From Blastocatellia bacterium (GTDB lineage Bacteria > Acidobacteriota > Blastocatellia > UBA7656): a stretch of 64,000 nt of DNA. Numbering within the stretch: position 1 is the first letter of the stretch; each line of letters opens with the position of its first letter. The stretch is from the NCBI GenBank assembly GCA_963765495.1, contig CAVXWP010000001.1:1-64000 (forward strand), in the 5' to 3' direction. Shown piece after piece: positions 18,728-29,137 of this stretch. Under the pieces are notes generated by a model. The model searched no databases, had not been told where the DNA came from, and saw nothing but the letters and a program-made list of their open reading frames with translations. Made by a program: the position numbers and the translations under genes.

Positions 18728-20331
18728 ACAATCATCCTGTTGCTTCTCTTGAGCATCTCTTTTTCGATATACTCAGCGCTTTTGAACTGGTCCTTTACAA
18801 TCGGTAATTGGAGATATGCAGCATAAGCGAGGTTGCGCTTCAGTGAATTCTTTGGCTCCTTCACAAAGATATGTTCCACATTTATGTAGAGGGTCTTCGA
18901 ATCCTCATCGATCATGAAAGGCGTAAGAGGTGGCACGGAGGCAAAAGCCACCTGCTCAATACAGAAGTCCATAGGGCCGTAAGAGAAGGCCAGTTCGAGG
19001 TTGGGATAACGCGCGGGCTTGCTCAGCAAACTTTGCGCTAAACCTGCGACCGGCATGACCTCGTGAATCTTGATCTTTTCTCGAATAAAGTCCTGATATA
19101 ACTTATATTTTGAGCCCCATATTGCGCAGCCTTGCGGCGAGGCGGTGAATACTGCCGTAACATCAACGAACCTCTCCAGACGCGCATATTGTTTCCCTAA
19201 GAATACATACTCCTTTTTTGGAAGCAGGATTCTCATAATTGCATCGAGATTGGAAATCCCTTCCAATTCCTGGAGCCTGAGCGCGGAAAGCAGTGATGGC
19301 AGGAGTTCGATGAAATCCTGGCGTCCCAGAAAGCCTTCTGCCTCTTGAAAGCTGCTACGCATCATCTGCTCAAGGGCGATGAACAAGGCATCAACGGCTT
19401 TGTAGTAGTTAGCATTCTCTACGAAATCATCTCTGCCGATTACAACTTTTACCAGCCCGGGAAACAGCACCTGAATCCCGTGCCTAGCCGGGCTACTGAA
19501 TTCCTTTACGCGCACCCCACAACTCGTCAGCACTATCTTCGGTTCTTCGATCTGCTGGATAGCTACCTGCTGAGTGAATTTGTTGCCGTAATTATCATCA
19601 TATATTGTCTTGGAGGTATACCATGCTCCGCCAGATATGTTCAGCAACTGATCGTTAAAGTATATTTCTGACATGATGGAGGGAATGCTCTTGACCTCGT
19701 TTAGCACATACCCTCTGAGTTCAATCAAATTGAAGTGAGAGTTGATTGTCACACTCGTTCCACGGATTCCCTTGCGGCTCCCTTTCTTTTGCAAACGGAA
19801 GCGCAAAGTCGATGCGTCTTGCCCGTCCGCATAAAAATGCGCTTCATATGATTGACCATTCTTGTTTGTCCTGACGGTCACCGAGTCTTTCTGCGGATTT
19901 TGTATGCAGTACTTCAGAGTGGAGAAAAACCCTATACCGAATTGACCGATATATGTCCCGGATGGTGCTTGATCCTTCTCTGTTCCGAATGGCAGTATCA
20001 AAAACTTAAGTATTTCCGCCAGGTCCATGGATTCGCCTTGATCCTGTATGACAATTTCGTTGACATTCGCCTTCACTCTGATGGTAGATGGTTGGGAACT
20101 CTTCACACCCGCATCCACGGAGTTCAAAATGACCTCGATGACAGGGCGGCTTCCTTTCGAAAACTGTTTTTCAACAACCTCTTTCAGAACTTTGCAGATG
20201 TAAGGATGTTTTGCCGTTGCAAGTATATCGTTTACAGACTTGTCTTGGCCGATACGCATAATGAGGCTGTCAAGCCTGTCGCGTACCTGACAGGCAGCGA
20301 TCCATTGAACGAGCGTATAGTCGTAAATCAT
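18724..20331 (-). CDS. Hsp90-like GHKL (HATPase_c) ATPase, soluble
   Basis: 'VIEVILNSVDA', 'IQDQGESM', 'IGQFGIGFFS', 'GTSVTI'; 'KVVIGRDDF'. Confidence 0.85.
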   Translation of the reverse strand: MIYDYTLVQWIAACQVRDRLDSLIMRIGQDKSVNDILATAKHPYICKVLKEVVEKQFSKGSRPVIEVILNSVDAGVKSSQPSTIRVKANVNEIVIQDQGESMDLAEILKFLILPFGTEKDQAPSGTYIGQFGIGFFSTLKYCIQNPQKDSVTVRTNKNGQSYEAHFYADGQDASTLRFRLQKKGSRKGIRGTSVTINSHFNLIELRGYVLNEVKSIPSIMSEIYFNDQLLNISGGAWYTSKTIYDDNYGNKFTQQVAIQQIEEPKIVLTSCGVRVKEFSSPARHGIQVLFPGLVKVVIGRDDFVENANYYKAVDALFIALEQMMRSSFQEAEGFLGRQDFIELLPSLLSALRLQELEGISNLDAIMRILLPKKEYVFLGKQYARLERFVDVTAVFTASPQGCAIWGSKYKLYQDFIREKIKIHEVMPVAGLAQSLLSKPARYPNLELAFSYGPMDFCIEQVAFASVPPLTPFMIDEDSKTLYINVEHIFVKEPKNSLKRNLAYAAYLQLPIVKDQFKSAEYIEKEMLKRSNRMIV

Positions 20332-22520
20332 AGCGCACCTGAATAGACCTCTCTGGTGATCTTGATCGATCCATACATAAAATCTTCACCGTCGCCCGGA
20401 TACAAGACGGTGATCCCGGCCCTCTCAAGCCTGCTGCACAGCAGGTCTTTGCCACCGAGCTTGAAGAGTAAAACGTAAGCTGCCCTACTCGCGTGGGTTT
20501 CAATCAATTCGGTTTCGAGCGCGGAGAAGTTAGTGATCTGCAGATCTGAGAGCAGGAAAAGAAGATAGTTGTCCCTTCTTTCGCGCCGGATCGCCGACAG
20601 TTTGTCTACGTCGATAGTCGTGCCCCCACCCTGGTGCTGTAGCAGTATTCTCTTGACCTCGTCAATTTCGTAGAAAGGGTGCCAGCCCGATGCGAAGGTC
20701 GTATCAGAGAAATTTACCGCATTGTACATGAGTAGCGGGGCGATTCCTTTTGCTGCAAGCCCGTGCAAAATCGAGTAAAACGTTAACAGGGCAATGTGGT
20801 ACTCTCCCTGTTCCACATATGGTTTGAAACTCATACTTCCGCTGCTGTCGAAGACGAAACAGAGGTCGGGCAGGCCGCTCATATTCTCTTTCACACGCGC
20901 ATCCAATGTCAGCGAGAATCTTCTTCCCTTTAGCGACAGGTACATCGAGCCGTCAGGCCGCTTGAGCACGAAGCTCGACGGAAGGCGGAGCTTTGAAATG
21001 CTTGAAAGGTCGGCATCTTCTATGCCTGTCATTACTTCGAGATTCTGCCCATCAGATTCCCAGTCTTCGAGCTTGATGTCGCCTGCCCGCTCTTCATAAA
21101 AACTATCCAGCCGCTCATAAGCCAAATCATGAGGCTTATAAATATGGCTGCCTTCCCCCATGCGTCTGCCAGAAGGTTTTGAAAGGTTGTTACTCTTCTT
21201 CTTGTCGGGGCCCGGACCCCGGCTATTCTGGGCATCCTCCTGTGCCTCCAAAGAGTTGCGCTTGCCGTCCTTTTCAGAACCGCTGTCTTGTCGAGCGGCT
21301 TTCTCTCCCTTCTCAGCGGTCTGCTCTGGTATCTCTTCATCTACATTGGAAGCCGCGTTTTCGGAATAATCGTCTTCCGCGATTTGGTTCGTGTGTGCTC
21401 CACTGTGAGGCCCCTGCGCGGAACTGTCATATTGATCTTCGGGTGCGTCATCGTCCGAATATCCGGTGCTTTCGCCTTGACCATCAGGAGCGCCATCATC
21501 CGAATCCCTGGTATTTTCGTCCGCCTGGGCACCCTTTCCCTTTTCGGTTTGAGGTTCCTGCGGCTTCGAGTTCTGGTTTGTATCGGGTTCGGTTTTGGCG
21601 TCCTCTCGTTCAGACCCCGCGTGATCGGAGCCCTCTAGATTACCGCCCTCGGCCTTCTCCGAGGTCTTTCCCGTGAAGCTATTCTTGAGCCAATCGTACT
21701 GCTGTTTCATATAGGGATATATGACCCTCGCATAATCTTCCGCCCTGGCGTGCCACTGCTTGTAGTCGCACATACGTTTCACGATTTCTCCCGAATCGCT
21801 GTCGAGAAGGTCTCTGGCCAGGGTGCGCTCGATCAATGACTGCTCTTCCAGGAAAACTTCGACGAGGCGCTCCAAAGCTCTCTCTTCATTCCAGAACAAT
21901 AGCGGCAGATAGCGTTTGGACTTTTCATAAATCTTATCGCTCGTGCTGCTGAGAAGACTGTTGGATTCAAGGAAGAGTGTCATTGCCTTGTCGCATCTGC
22001 CCCGCAGCACCTTTCCCTGAGACCTGTAGTAGAGCGCCAAAAGGTTTGTCAGGTCCTGGCCCGTTCTGTAGCGGTTCGACTGGTCATCATGGGATTCAAT
22101 CGCATTGATTACGGTATCTGCGAACATATTGTGAATCTCGAAACATACGCTCTTGATCCTTGACTCTCGTATCTCTCTCATCTCGACTACAGCCCTTATG
22201 CCGTCCAGTATCTGCTGGAACAAGAATGCGTTGCCTGGGCAGTAGTGGTGATGATTGAACTCATGCACCAGAAGGTGATATACAATCGCTTCAAAGGCAG
22301 TATCGGCTTCCATTCGAAGTTCGTGCTTCTGGATCATAGAAATGATCAGGGATTCGAATTCATCCGAGAAGCTGAGGTGGATTCTCCGGTCGTTAAGAGA
22401 GATATGGGCCGATACTGGGAATCCGCCCGACGTGATGGTTACTTCTCTGTCCTTGAACGGCCTCCACTTCTTTTCCTCAATTATCTTGTCGCAGATTGAC
22501 TCGACCCTCGGCTGCATCAT
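20328..22520 (-). CDS. HExxH metallopeptidase-like domain + acidic linker + vWA (MIDAS) protein
   Basis: 'LLVHEFNHHHYCP...HNMFADTVIN'; long Asp/Glu/Gly-rich linker; MIDAS 'FVFDSSGSM', 'GGGTT', 'LLSD'. Confidence 0.85.
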   Translation of the reverse strand: MMQPRVESICDKIIEEKKWRPFKDREVTITSGGFPVSAHISLNDRRIHLSFSDEFESLIISMIQKHELRMEADTAFEAIVYHLLVHEFNHHHYCPGNAFLFQQILDGIRAVVEMREIRESRIKSVCFEIHNMFADTVINAIESHDDQSNRYRTGQDLTNLLALYYRSQGKVLRGRCDKAMTLFLESNSLLSSTSDKIYEKSKRYLPLLFWNEERALERLVEVFLEEQSLIERTLARDLLDSDSGEIVKRMCDYKQWHARAEDYARVIYPYMKQQYDWLKNSFTGKTSEKAEGGNLEGSDHAGSEREDAKTEPDTNQNSKPQEPQTEKGKGAQADENTRDSDDGAPDGQGESTGYSDDDAPEDQYDSSAQGPHSGAHTNQIAEDDYSENAASNVDEEIPEQTAEKGEKAARQDSGSEKDGKRNSLEAQEDAQNSRGPGPDKKKSNNLSKPSGRRMGEGSHIYKPHDLAYERLDSFYEERAGDIKLEDWESDGQNLEVMTGIEDADLSSISKLRLPSSFVLKRPDGSMYLSLKGRRFSLTLDARVKENMSGLPDLCFVFDSSGSMSFKPYVEQGEYHIALLTFYSILHGLAAKGIAPLLMYNAVNFSDTTFASGWHPFYEIDEVKRILLQHQGGGTTIDVDKLSAIRRERRDNYLLFLLSDLQITNFSALETELIETHASRAAYVLLFKLGGKDLLCSRLERAGITVLYPGDGEDFMYGSIKITREVYSGAL

Positions 22521-23221
22521 TAATCCCCCCTGAAACTCGAAATTCTTGCTCTGTGGAAAGAAGCCTTCCTAAAGAAAGGTGCCGCAACGGCAAAAATGCT
22601 TTCAGCATCCTTAAGATAATCCTTTGGAATAGAGTCCAGATTGGCTGTCCCGAGTGCATAATCGAAGAGGTAATGAGCGCCATCATGCCTGATACTGCAA
22701 TGCATGTGCATCAGGACATTGCGAGGATCATTATCCTCGTAGGATGAATCCTTTACGATAAAGGACTCGCCTCTGCCGATGATCTCTTTCACTTCATTGC
22801 CCATCGAAGTTAATCGCCCGAGCAGGTTGTTGAACCTGGAATCCTTTCGCATGCTGATCTTGTAGAGGTTGCCATCAGCGCTATGTAATTTCATCTCTCT
22901 GCGATAGCGATGCATAGTTCTTGCCTCCAACCTGGAATAGTTCACTTCGAAATCTCCGTTTACGTTTTCTAATATTCGGTCAAGGTTCGTAGTTGCCTGT
23001 CTGATCGTAACGGCTGCGATGTAGGGCATCTTGTGCGATCCGACGGTCAATGACAGGCTGTTCTCCATACCGAGGCTGTCAAAACTGAAGACTTTGATGC
23101 CTTTCTTGACCGACTTCTCGTAATGTCCTGTGACCTGGTCGATGAAGCCTTCCAGGGTGAGGTTATAGCTTGCCCCCATTTCGAGATAGAACAACTCCTG
23201 TAGCCTGGATAGTTCTGACAT
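22520..23221 (-). CDS. Hypothetical protein within the MoxR-vWA operon
   Basis: 233 aa ORF; stop overlaps the next start; 6-bp gap to the upstream ATPase. Confidence 0.75.
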   Translation of the reverse strand: MSELSRLQELFYLEMGASYNLTLEGFIDQVTGHYEKSVKKGIKVFSFDSLGMENSLSLTVGSHKMPYIAAVTIRQATTNLDRILENVNGDFEVNYSRLEARTMHRYRREMKLHSADGNLYKISMRKDSRFNNLLGRLTSMGNEVKEIIGRGESFIVKDSSYEDNDPRNVLMHMHCSIRHDGAHYLFDYALGTANLDSIPKDYLKDAESIFAVAAPFFRKASFHRARISSFRGD

Positions 23222-23227
23222 CTAAAA

Positions 23228-24799
23228 TCACTCCTTGTACAGGTAATCCATCTGCTCTATTTTTGCCACCGCTCCTTTCGGTGGTTTGATGTATGGCCCC
23301 ATAGCTTTCAAGAACCAGGGGTTTTCCCTCGTACAATATTGTTCAAGCTCTCTCCACTTATGGTTTTCTGCCAGCCCCGACCCGATGATGCTGTGGACAT
23401 CGACATTTTCCAGGTGGGCGACACCTTCCTCGAACTTCTCGTTCGCCTGGGTGACGAATGTGCGTACCGCTTCAAAGCGGTTTCCCTGGTAATGCTTGGC
23501 TATCCAAGGGGAAGAGAGTCCGACCTTCGAGTAAGCGACAAAGCCGAAGATCGCTTCGATATCTTCGGGCCTGACTTTCAACTCGGCTACGTATTTGTGC
23601 AAAGCGGCCCTTGCCAGATCGTTACCCCGGAATCGGGTTGCCGTATACTGCTGTAGTGCATACTCCAGCCTTTCAGAGTATTTCGCCTCAGACCCCACCA
23701 TAATGCCGGAAGACCACGAGTGGAGCAGTTCTGCGAACTTCACCGCCCGCAGCACTGCAAGCCCTTTTGCAACAGAGACGAGGTTCTTGGATATCCCAGG
23801 CGTGATCCCTCTGATATATGGGCACAACTCATTCTCAAAGGACTTGATAAACCTGCATACTAAATCTGCCCCGTGGATCGGCTTCGTGCACACGTGATAG
23901 ATCGAGCCCCCCTTTGCCGGAATGCTCCCTTTCTCTTTGGTTAGTGAGTGCTCGCAAAAGTCGAACGCTTCAAGGAAGGCGAGAAATAGATCGGCGTTTT
24001 CGTGCAAATCCAACTGCCCCAAACCCTTGTAAATCTCGATTATGTCACTGACATGGTTTGTCTTATTGTTTAGCACGACCTCCTTGCTTCTTACATTCCG
24101 TGCAAGCCTCCTGTCCTCAGGTGTCGGTGTGAAGACATCCATCGGGATTTCTATGATTGTCCTTCGTCGCATCGCCTTATCGATGTCAAAAGTGCCGGAG
24201 TATTCCTCTCCCTCATTGATCGCAGCCACCTGGAACTGGTAGGTCCTCCCCGGTTCATACTCGTAACCAAGCTTAGCCTTGGTTCCATTCGGCATATTGA
24301 TTTCCATGTCAAAGATATGCATGAGGTTGGTCACAATCTTCGCATGACTGCGGTTGATCTCATCCACGATGAGGCCCGGCAGCAGGAATCGCGGGTTGAC
24401 TACGTAGAGGACTTCGGAATCCTTTCCTTCGATGATTGCACCGAAGTCAGTCTTAACGATCATATCCATGTTGAAGTCAACGTTGATATTAATCTTGTAC
24501 CAACCCGCTGCCTCTTTGCCGAAAAGCGAATTCATGACGAGTTTGGCGAGGGTCGTCTTGCCCCAGTCCGTGCCGCCGGTCATCAGTATCGAACTCTGTG
24601 TCAACGCGCCCACGAGAAGTATATCCTTGATTCCATAATTTAAGGTGATCGTATGCTTGAGCTTCCGATTCTCAAGGATTATTGGCGTGCGCTGTTCTAT
24701 TAATGGCTTGGAATGATAGTACTGGCTCGCATGTTCATTGAGCACGCCTTTGAGTGTGTGGGCTTTTGCTACAATATCGATTCTGTTTATCATGTTCAA
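23228..24799 (-). CDS. MoxR-like AAA+ ATPase with Cys-containing C-terminal extension
   Basis: Walker A 'GGTDWGKTT', Walker B 'LIVDEINR', sensor-1 'VAAIN', 'GTFDIDKAMRRR'; Cys cluster FCEH..VCTK..VCRF..LCPY. Confidence 0.85.
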   Translation of the reverse strand: MNMINRIDIVAKAHTLKGVLNEHASQYYHSKPLIEQRTPIILENRKLKHTITLNYGIKDILLVGALTQSSILMTGGTDWGKTTLAKLVMNSLFGKEAAGWYKININVDFNMDMIVKTDFGAIIEGKDSEVLYVVNPRFLLPGLIVDEINRSHAKIVTNLMHIFDMEINMPNGTKAKLGYEYEPGRTYQFQVAAINEGEEYSGTFDIDKAMRRRTIIEIPMDVFTPTPEDRRLARNVRSKEVVLNNKTNHVSDIIEIYKGLGQLDLHENADLFLAFLEAFDFCEHSLTKEKGSIPAKGGSIYHVCTKPIHGADLVCRFIKSFENELCPYIRGITPGISKNLVSVAKGLAVLRAVKFAELLHSWSSGIMVGSEAKYSERLEYALQQYTATRFRGNDLARAALHKYVAELKVRPEDIEAIFGFVAYSKVGLSSPWIAKHYQGNRFEAVRTFVTQANEKFEEGVAHLENVDVHSIIGSGLAENHKWRELEQYCTRENPWFLKAMGPYIKPPKGAVAKIEQMDYLYKE

Positions 24800-25315
24800 A
24801 CTCCAGCTTCTGTCAACAATGCGGGGTGGAGTTCAGAACCCATTGTTCTTACAATTCTTCCCGACCACTGTCGAGTCTTCTCTCTGCATCGGAATGGAGC
24901 GGGGCTTTGCAAACTACTGATTTTTGCGCTGCCCCAATCTCAGCTGCACAAGAATGAGATAAACGACGAGTTTGTTGAAAGCAAGGAAAGCTACAGTAAA
25001 GCGGGGTAAAACAATCACGTCGCCAGGAGCAATTGTGCGACTTATGGAGCGTAATTGTAAATGCCCGATTATCGTTTTCCCCTTCCATAGAAACCTCTAT
25101 ATGACAGACAGAAACCATCTCGCCGTTTTTCGCTCGATGCCCGCGCTCGCATCCGCGCAAGATAACGCGCCCTGGTTGCTCCAAGGGGTATGTATCTTCT
25201 TTACGGTTCACTTGCTCACTGCCCGATTGGCATCGGAATCCAACAACGCAACGACGGTCGAGGCAATCGAGTCGCCACCAGTTTGCTGGCTCGCAGTTTA
25301 ACATCAGCAAGATCC

Positions 25316-25963
25316 TTATTTCGCCTTGAATTCTTGAGAGATCAGAGTCGTTACTGCCGAATGTATCTTGCTTACGTGGTTTCCAAATTCCATGAGGCTC
25401 TGGAGTCGCGTCTTGTTGATGCCTGCGCCTCTCACTGGCGGTGAACTGTGGTAAGAATACTTTAGCAGATTCTGTATATCAATAATCGTCCTTGTGCTAT
25501 CTCCTATCGCACTGAGTTGCCTCTCTTGATACCATCGATTAGGTTCCTTCAGGCTCTCGTATTGATCCCTGAGAATAAACTTCTCGTTTGAGGAGTCTGT
25601 TAACTCATGTGTACTTTCGGGCGCGGCCTCTCCATTGAAATCATCTGACAGGGCTACTGTTAAGGGATTAGCCACCTCCTCCGCGCCACTTACGGAGAGT
25701 TGCGTATCATCCTTTTCCGGTTCATCCTGTACGACTCCTTTGTCTGTAGACGATGGTAATGGCGCCAGTGAACCGGTTGTATATTCGGTGGCGAATTCGA
25801 GGCGCTCACCACAGTGACCGCAGAAAACACTCTCCGCATCATTCCTCTCGCCGCAGCGACACAGCAAATCAAGCTGACCGTATCTTATTACAGATTGATC
25901 AGGAATTCCGATTTGTAGCTCCCCTCTCTTAGCGTCAAGTAATAACTGAACTCGAATTATCAT
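25316..25963 (-). CDS. Zinc-ribbon domain protein with acidic linker
   Basis: 'CRCGERNDAESVFCGHCGERL'; SD GGAG upstream. Confidence 0.65.
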   Translation of the reverse strand: MIIRVQLLLDAKRGELQIGIPDQSVIRYGQLDLLCRCGERNDAESVFCGHCGERLEFATEYTTGSLAPLPSSTDKGVVQDEPEKDDTQLSVSGAEEVANPLTVALSDDFNGEAAPESTHELTDSSNEKFILRDQYESLKEPNRWYQERQLSAIGDSTRTIIDIQNLLKYSYHSSPPVRGAGINKTRLQSLMEFGNHVSKIHSAVTTLISQEFKAK

Positions 25964-26255
25964 GGTTGTGCTCCAATCACGTCATCTCGAATCGAAAGAT
26001 AATTGCTGCGTCCGAAGTTCCGACACAGCCCGGCGCTACTTCGATAGCCTCCCTAACAGGCGTTTGTTGTTCTATCTAATTCTAATGCGATTATCAGCAG
26101 CAAATCTCGCAGGGCGATTAAAAAATTTTTATCCTAAATTTACGCAAGGGATGATAGGAGGTTATATCAATTATCTTCAGATATAGACCCCTGGCAGTCG
26201 AATCGGCAGAACCTTGATTACTTTTCCAGCATGCAGATTGGGGCGTTGGAATAGA

Positions 26256-26345
26256 CCACGGATTCGACGGATCAGACGGATTTACACGGATCAGACACTA
26301 TAGAACCAAATCCAAGGTTATCCATAGCGTATATCAAATCCGTGA
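26256..26345. repeat. REP-like element built from ACGGAT units with an inverted ATCCGTG copy
   Basis: accacggattcgacggatcagacggatttacacggatc ... aaatccgtg. Confidence 0.5.
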
Positions 26346-26418
26346 CCATTAGCGCAAGGCACAGGCTCAAATTCGGTTAGGCGGCGCAATTTTTTTGTTG
26401 CTGCGCGCCGCAAAAAAA

Positions 26419-27237
26419 CTATGACTCGAATGCTTCCCCAGTCGGCTCAGGCTTATTCTGATCAAGTTGATCCAGCATTCGTCGGGTATCCCTCACCCCC
26501 TGGCTATCACCTAATTTCTCGTCAATCGCCAGGCTTTCCTGATACTTCCTACTAGCTTTTTCACGCTCACCCTGCACGTGATATATCTCTCCAAGAAAAA
26601 AGAGATTCGAACTGATGCTTGAGAGAACGTCCCGTCGATCCGGCTGTAGATACTCAAGTTTGCGTAGTATTTTTATTGCTTGGGAAAAGCGTCTTGTGGC
26701 TTCCTCAAATTTGCCTTGCTGTCGATAGAGGAAACCAAGTTGATGATGAACGGCAGCAAGATTGAGTTCGCTGCGGGGCCCTCGAACTGCCAGTTCCGCT
26801 GCACGGAGATATAGTTTCTCGGCCTCTCGCAACCGCGCGTCGCCTTGAATCTCTTCAAAGGAAGCGCCGGGGCCGCGCTCATGATAGTTTCCATATTGGA
26901 TTACCCCCCTTTCGTGCAAGTGCTTAGCGCGGTCGTATAATCGTTGGGCGGCCGGTACCAAACGTTGCGAAACGATTGCAAGAGAGAGAACCCAGACCAG
27001 AATCATAATTGCCGGTTTCAACCCGGGGTTTGGAAACGTGAAGCCGCCAACCCTTCCAATAATGATTAAAGAAACAAAAAGCATCATCGCAAAACCAATC
27101 CGCTGATTCTGCATGCCTTCCAGAGCCAGATTCCGTATTCCATGTCTTCCCACTTCCCAGGCTATCAAGGACTGCCCGCCTAGGATGACGAATAAATAAT
27201 AGGCTGCGAATAAATCCTGGCCGCCAGGCAATTGCAT
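26419..27237 (-). CDS. Membrane protein with C-terminal TPR domain
   Basis: Three N-terminal TM helices; TPRs 'AAVHHQLGFLYRQQGKFEEATRRFSQAI', 'LGEIYHVQGEREKASRKYQESLAIDEKLGD'. Confidence 0.8.
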   Translation of the reverse strand: MQLPGGQDLFAAYYLFVILGGQSLIAWEVGRHGIRNLALEGMQNQRIGFAMMLFVSLIIIGRVGGFTFPNPGLKPAIMILVWVLSLAIVSQRLVPAAQRLYDRAKHLHERGVIQYGNYHERGPGASFEEIQGDARLREAEKLYLRAAELAVRGPRSELNLAAVHHQLGFLYRQQGKFEEATRRFSQAIKILRKLEYLQPDRRDVLSSISSNLFFLGEIYHVQGEREKASRKYQESLAIDEKLGDSQGVRDTRRMLDQLDQNKPEPTGEAFES

Positions 27238-27256
27238 AATGACTGCCCTCCGAGTA

Positions 27257-27838
27257 TCAGATATTCGTTGTCACTCGTTGCACGGGGATTCCATAACAGA
27301 TGGCCACTTCATTGACTCCACGAAGAAATTCTTCCTCAGCAGATTGCGGCCAGGCATCGGTATTTAGAATGATCATCTTTTGCGCGAACAACCAGTAAGA
27401 GATTTGCACCATGCGGCTCGTGCGATAGGGCGGCAAGTAATTTCGATCTTTCTCAACTATCCGTATCCCACGCACATCCTGCCATTCAACGCAAATCGCC
27501 CCAAATAGAGAACGAACCTTTATCTCTTTGCAGCTTACACACGCTGAGGTTAAGAAGACTAATATTGTGGAAGGGACTATCCTCAATGCTAAGAGACTGA
27601 ACAGGATTGCGAAGATGAGCACCGTAGTTGTGGAAATGCGACTGTAGGTCTCCCATAACAATACAGTTGGCAATACCCCGAGCAAGCTGACAAAGACGTG
27701 GGGCGCATAGGATTCAATAGTCGGCTTGAAACACTTGTTTTTCAACTTTAGGTTTTCAGTCGGCTCCTGTTGCTTGTCGACTTCTTCCTTATCCATATTC
27801 ATTTCTCCGATCTTGAATCTGCCTCTGTCGCGAGTCAC
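27257..27838 (-). CDS. Membrane protein with bacterial PH-like domain
   Basis: Two TM helices followed by 'EIKVRSLFGAICVEWQDVRGIRI'. Confidence 0.6.
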   Translation of the reverse strand: MTRDRGRFKIGEMNMDKEEVDKQQEPTENLKLKNKCFKPTIESYAPHVFVSLLGVLPTVLLWETYSRISTTTVLIFAILFSLLALRIVPSTILVFLTSACVSCKEIKVRSLFGAICVEWQDVRGIRIVEKDRNYLPPYRTSRMVQISYWLFAQKMIILNTDAWPQSAEEEFLRGVNEVAICYGIPVQRVTTNI

Positions 27839-28491
27839 TCATCCTTGCCAAAGAGCACGCGTACCAGCCCCAAGCTAACCGATTTAACGAGTCCCGCCGG
27901 TGTTACAAGATGAGTAAATTTGGCCTTTGGCAATAGCTTGGCCCCATCCGGGTTGAATCTTTTCAACTGCTCACGGACCAATTGCTGCATAGTCGCATCC
28001 AGGCCCGCGAATATACCGCTTGCATAGCGTAGCGGCGTCACCGATATCTCCCGGGCGATGAGACTGGCGGCGGCGCGGCCACGCGTGTTGGGATCAGTAA
28101 AGAAGGGCTCATTTTGTGCCGTGCGCTTCAGGTGAACGGTGACGACCACTGGACGCAGGCGATGCAAATTCTGGAGCGCCACGAAAATGTATGGCACAAG
28201 ATCAGATTTGAGCGGCGGCTGAATTTTACGTAGGCTGTAAGTAATAAAGTAAGCAAGATCGGGTGGGTATTCTGCGGCAAGGTGAAGGGCAATATCACCA
28301 AACTCTCGCCAATTGAGGGCCTTTTCCGCAAGGTGGTAGATGTTACTCAGGCGCGCAGCCTCTACCTGCATGAAAGAGTTGCCCCGTGCTTGCGCCTGCA
28401 AGGAAGCGGCGCGGTGAATCTGTGCGGCAATCTCCTCGACTTTGTCTTGCCATAAACGGCTCGATTGTGTGGCCCTGTCTAAAATTCCCAT
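27835..28491 (-). CDS. Hypothetical helical protein
   Basis: Likely start MGILDRATQ at 28491 overlapping the upstream stop; coupled to the downstream gene. Confidence 0.6.
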   Translation of the reverse strand: MGILDRATQSSRLWQDKVEEIAAQIHRAASLQAQARGNSFMQVEAARLSNIYHLAEKALNWREFGDIALHLAAEYPPDLAYFITYSLRKIQPPLKSDLVPYIFVALQNLHRLRPVVVTVHLKRTAQNEPFFTDPNTRGRAAASLIAREISVTPLRYASGIFAGLDATMQQLVREQLKRFNPDGAKLLPKAKFTHLVTPAGLVKSVSLGLVRVLFGKDE

Positions 28492-29114
28492 CTTGGGTCC
28501 TCGCTGTCTTTGGCTGGCGGAGGCCGGAGGCCCTTTCGCCGACAGGCTTTGGAAGAGCGGATTATCACGATGGGGGTGACAGCGAACCCCATTAAAATGC
28601 CTGCCGGAATCGTCATCGCGGTGCTTCTCAGAGATAATCCTGCATTGGCAAGCAACCAATCCATCTTCGACAATATCAAGACCTGTGCGCCTCCTATCAA
28701 TCCGCTCCAGAAAAGAGGCAGGAGGAAAATAACGAATTGTTTCCTTAACGCCCCGCCTGCAAAAATTGCGACAGCCAGGCCGATTCCCAAAAGCACGCCA
28801 CCGGAAAAACAGACCTCGATAATTGCGAGACTGTTGGTCCCGAGCCTGGTGAAAGCCGATACCGGCTCTGCGAACATCAATAGTAAGAGTAATAGTGATG
28901 CGATTGCCCAGACTGTTACGGCTATTCGAAGATAAACCAGCAGCGATTCTTTGAAGCTTGTGAGTTCGCTATGCAAGAAGGACTCTCTTGTATGAACTTC
29001 GCCGTATTGTAGCCAGGTGAATTGACACTCAAAACAAAAGAATGCTGTTACACGGTCATAAGGTCCTGGCCGGAATCCAAGTTCCCTCGATCCGCAATTC
29101 GGACATTCAGTCAT
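28479..29114 (-). CDS. Zinc-ribbon + four-TM membrane protein
   Basis: 'MTECPNCGS...FFCFECQF' then four hydrophobic helices. Confidence 0.7.
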   Translation of the reverse strand: MTECPNCGSRELGFRPGPYDRVTAFFCFECQFTWLQYGEVHTRESFLHSELTSFKESLLVYLRIAVTVWAIASLLLLLLMFAEPVSAFTRLGTNSLAIIEVCFSGGVLLGIGLAVAIFAGGALRKQFVIFLLPLFWSGLIGGAQVLILSKMDWLLANAGLSLRSTAMTIPAGILMGFAVTPIVIIRSSKACRRKGLRPPPAKDSEDPRWEF

Positions 29115-29137
29115 TTGTTTACCCTCATTTCGTTACG

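Noticed and set aside
18724-20331. Housekeeping htpG or mutL
   Set aside because: Only the GHKL motifs match; the flanking domains and operon context differ, so no gene symbol was assigned
24849-25310. 153-aa minus-strand ORF (and overlapping plus-strand ORFs) upstream of the MoxR operon
   Set aside because: No recognisable motifs, atypical composition and several competing frames; treated as probable non-coding leader
26051-26385. CCCTAAC (~26051) and GTTAGGC (~26378) as a further attC site
   Set aside because: About 330 bp apart with no convincing internal palindrome; at best a degraded or interrupted site
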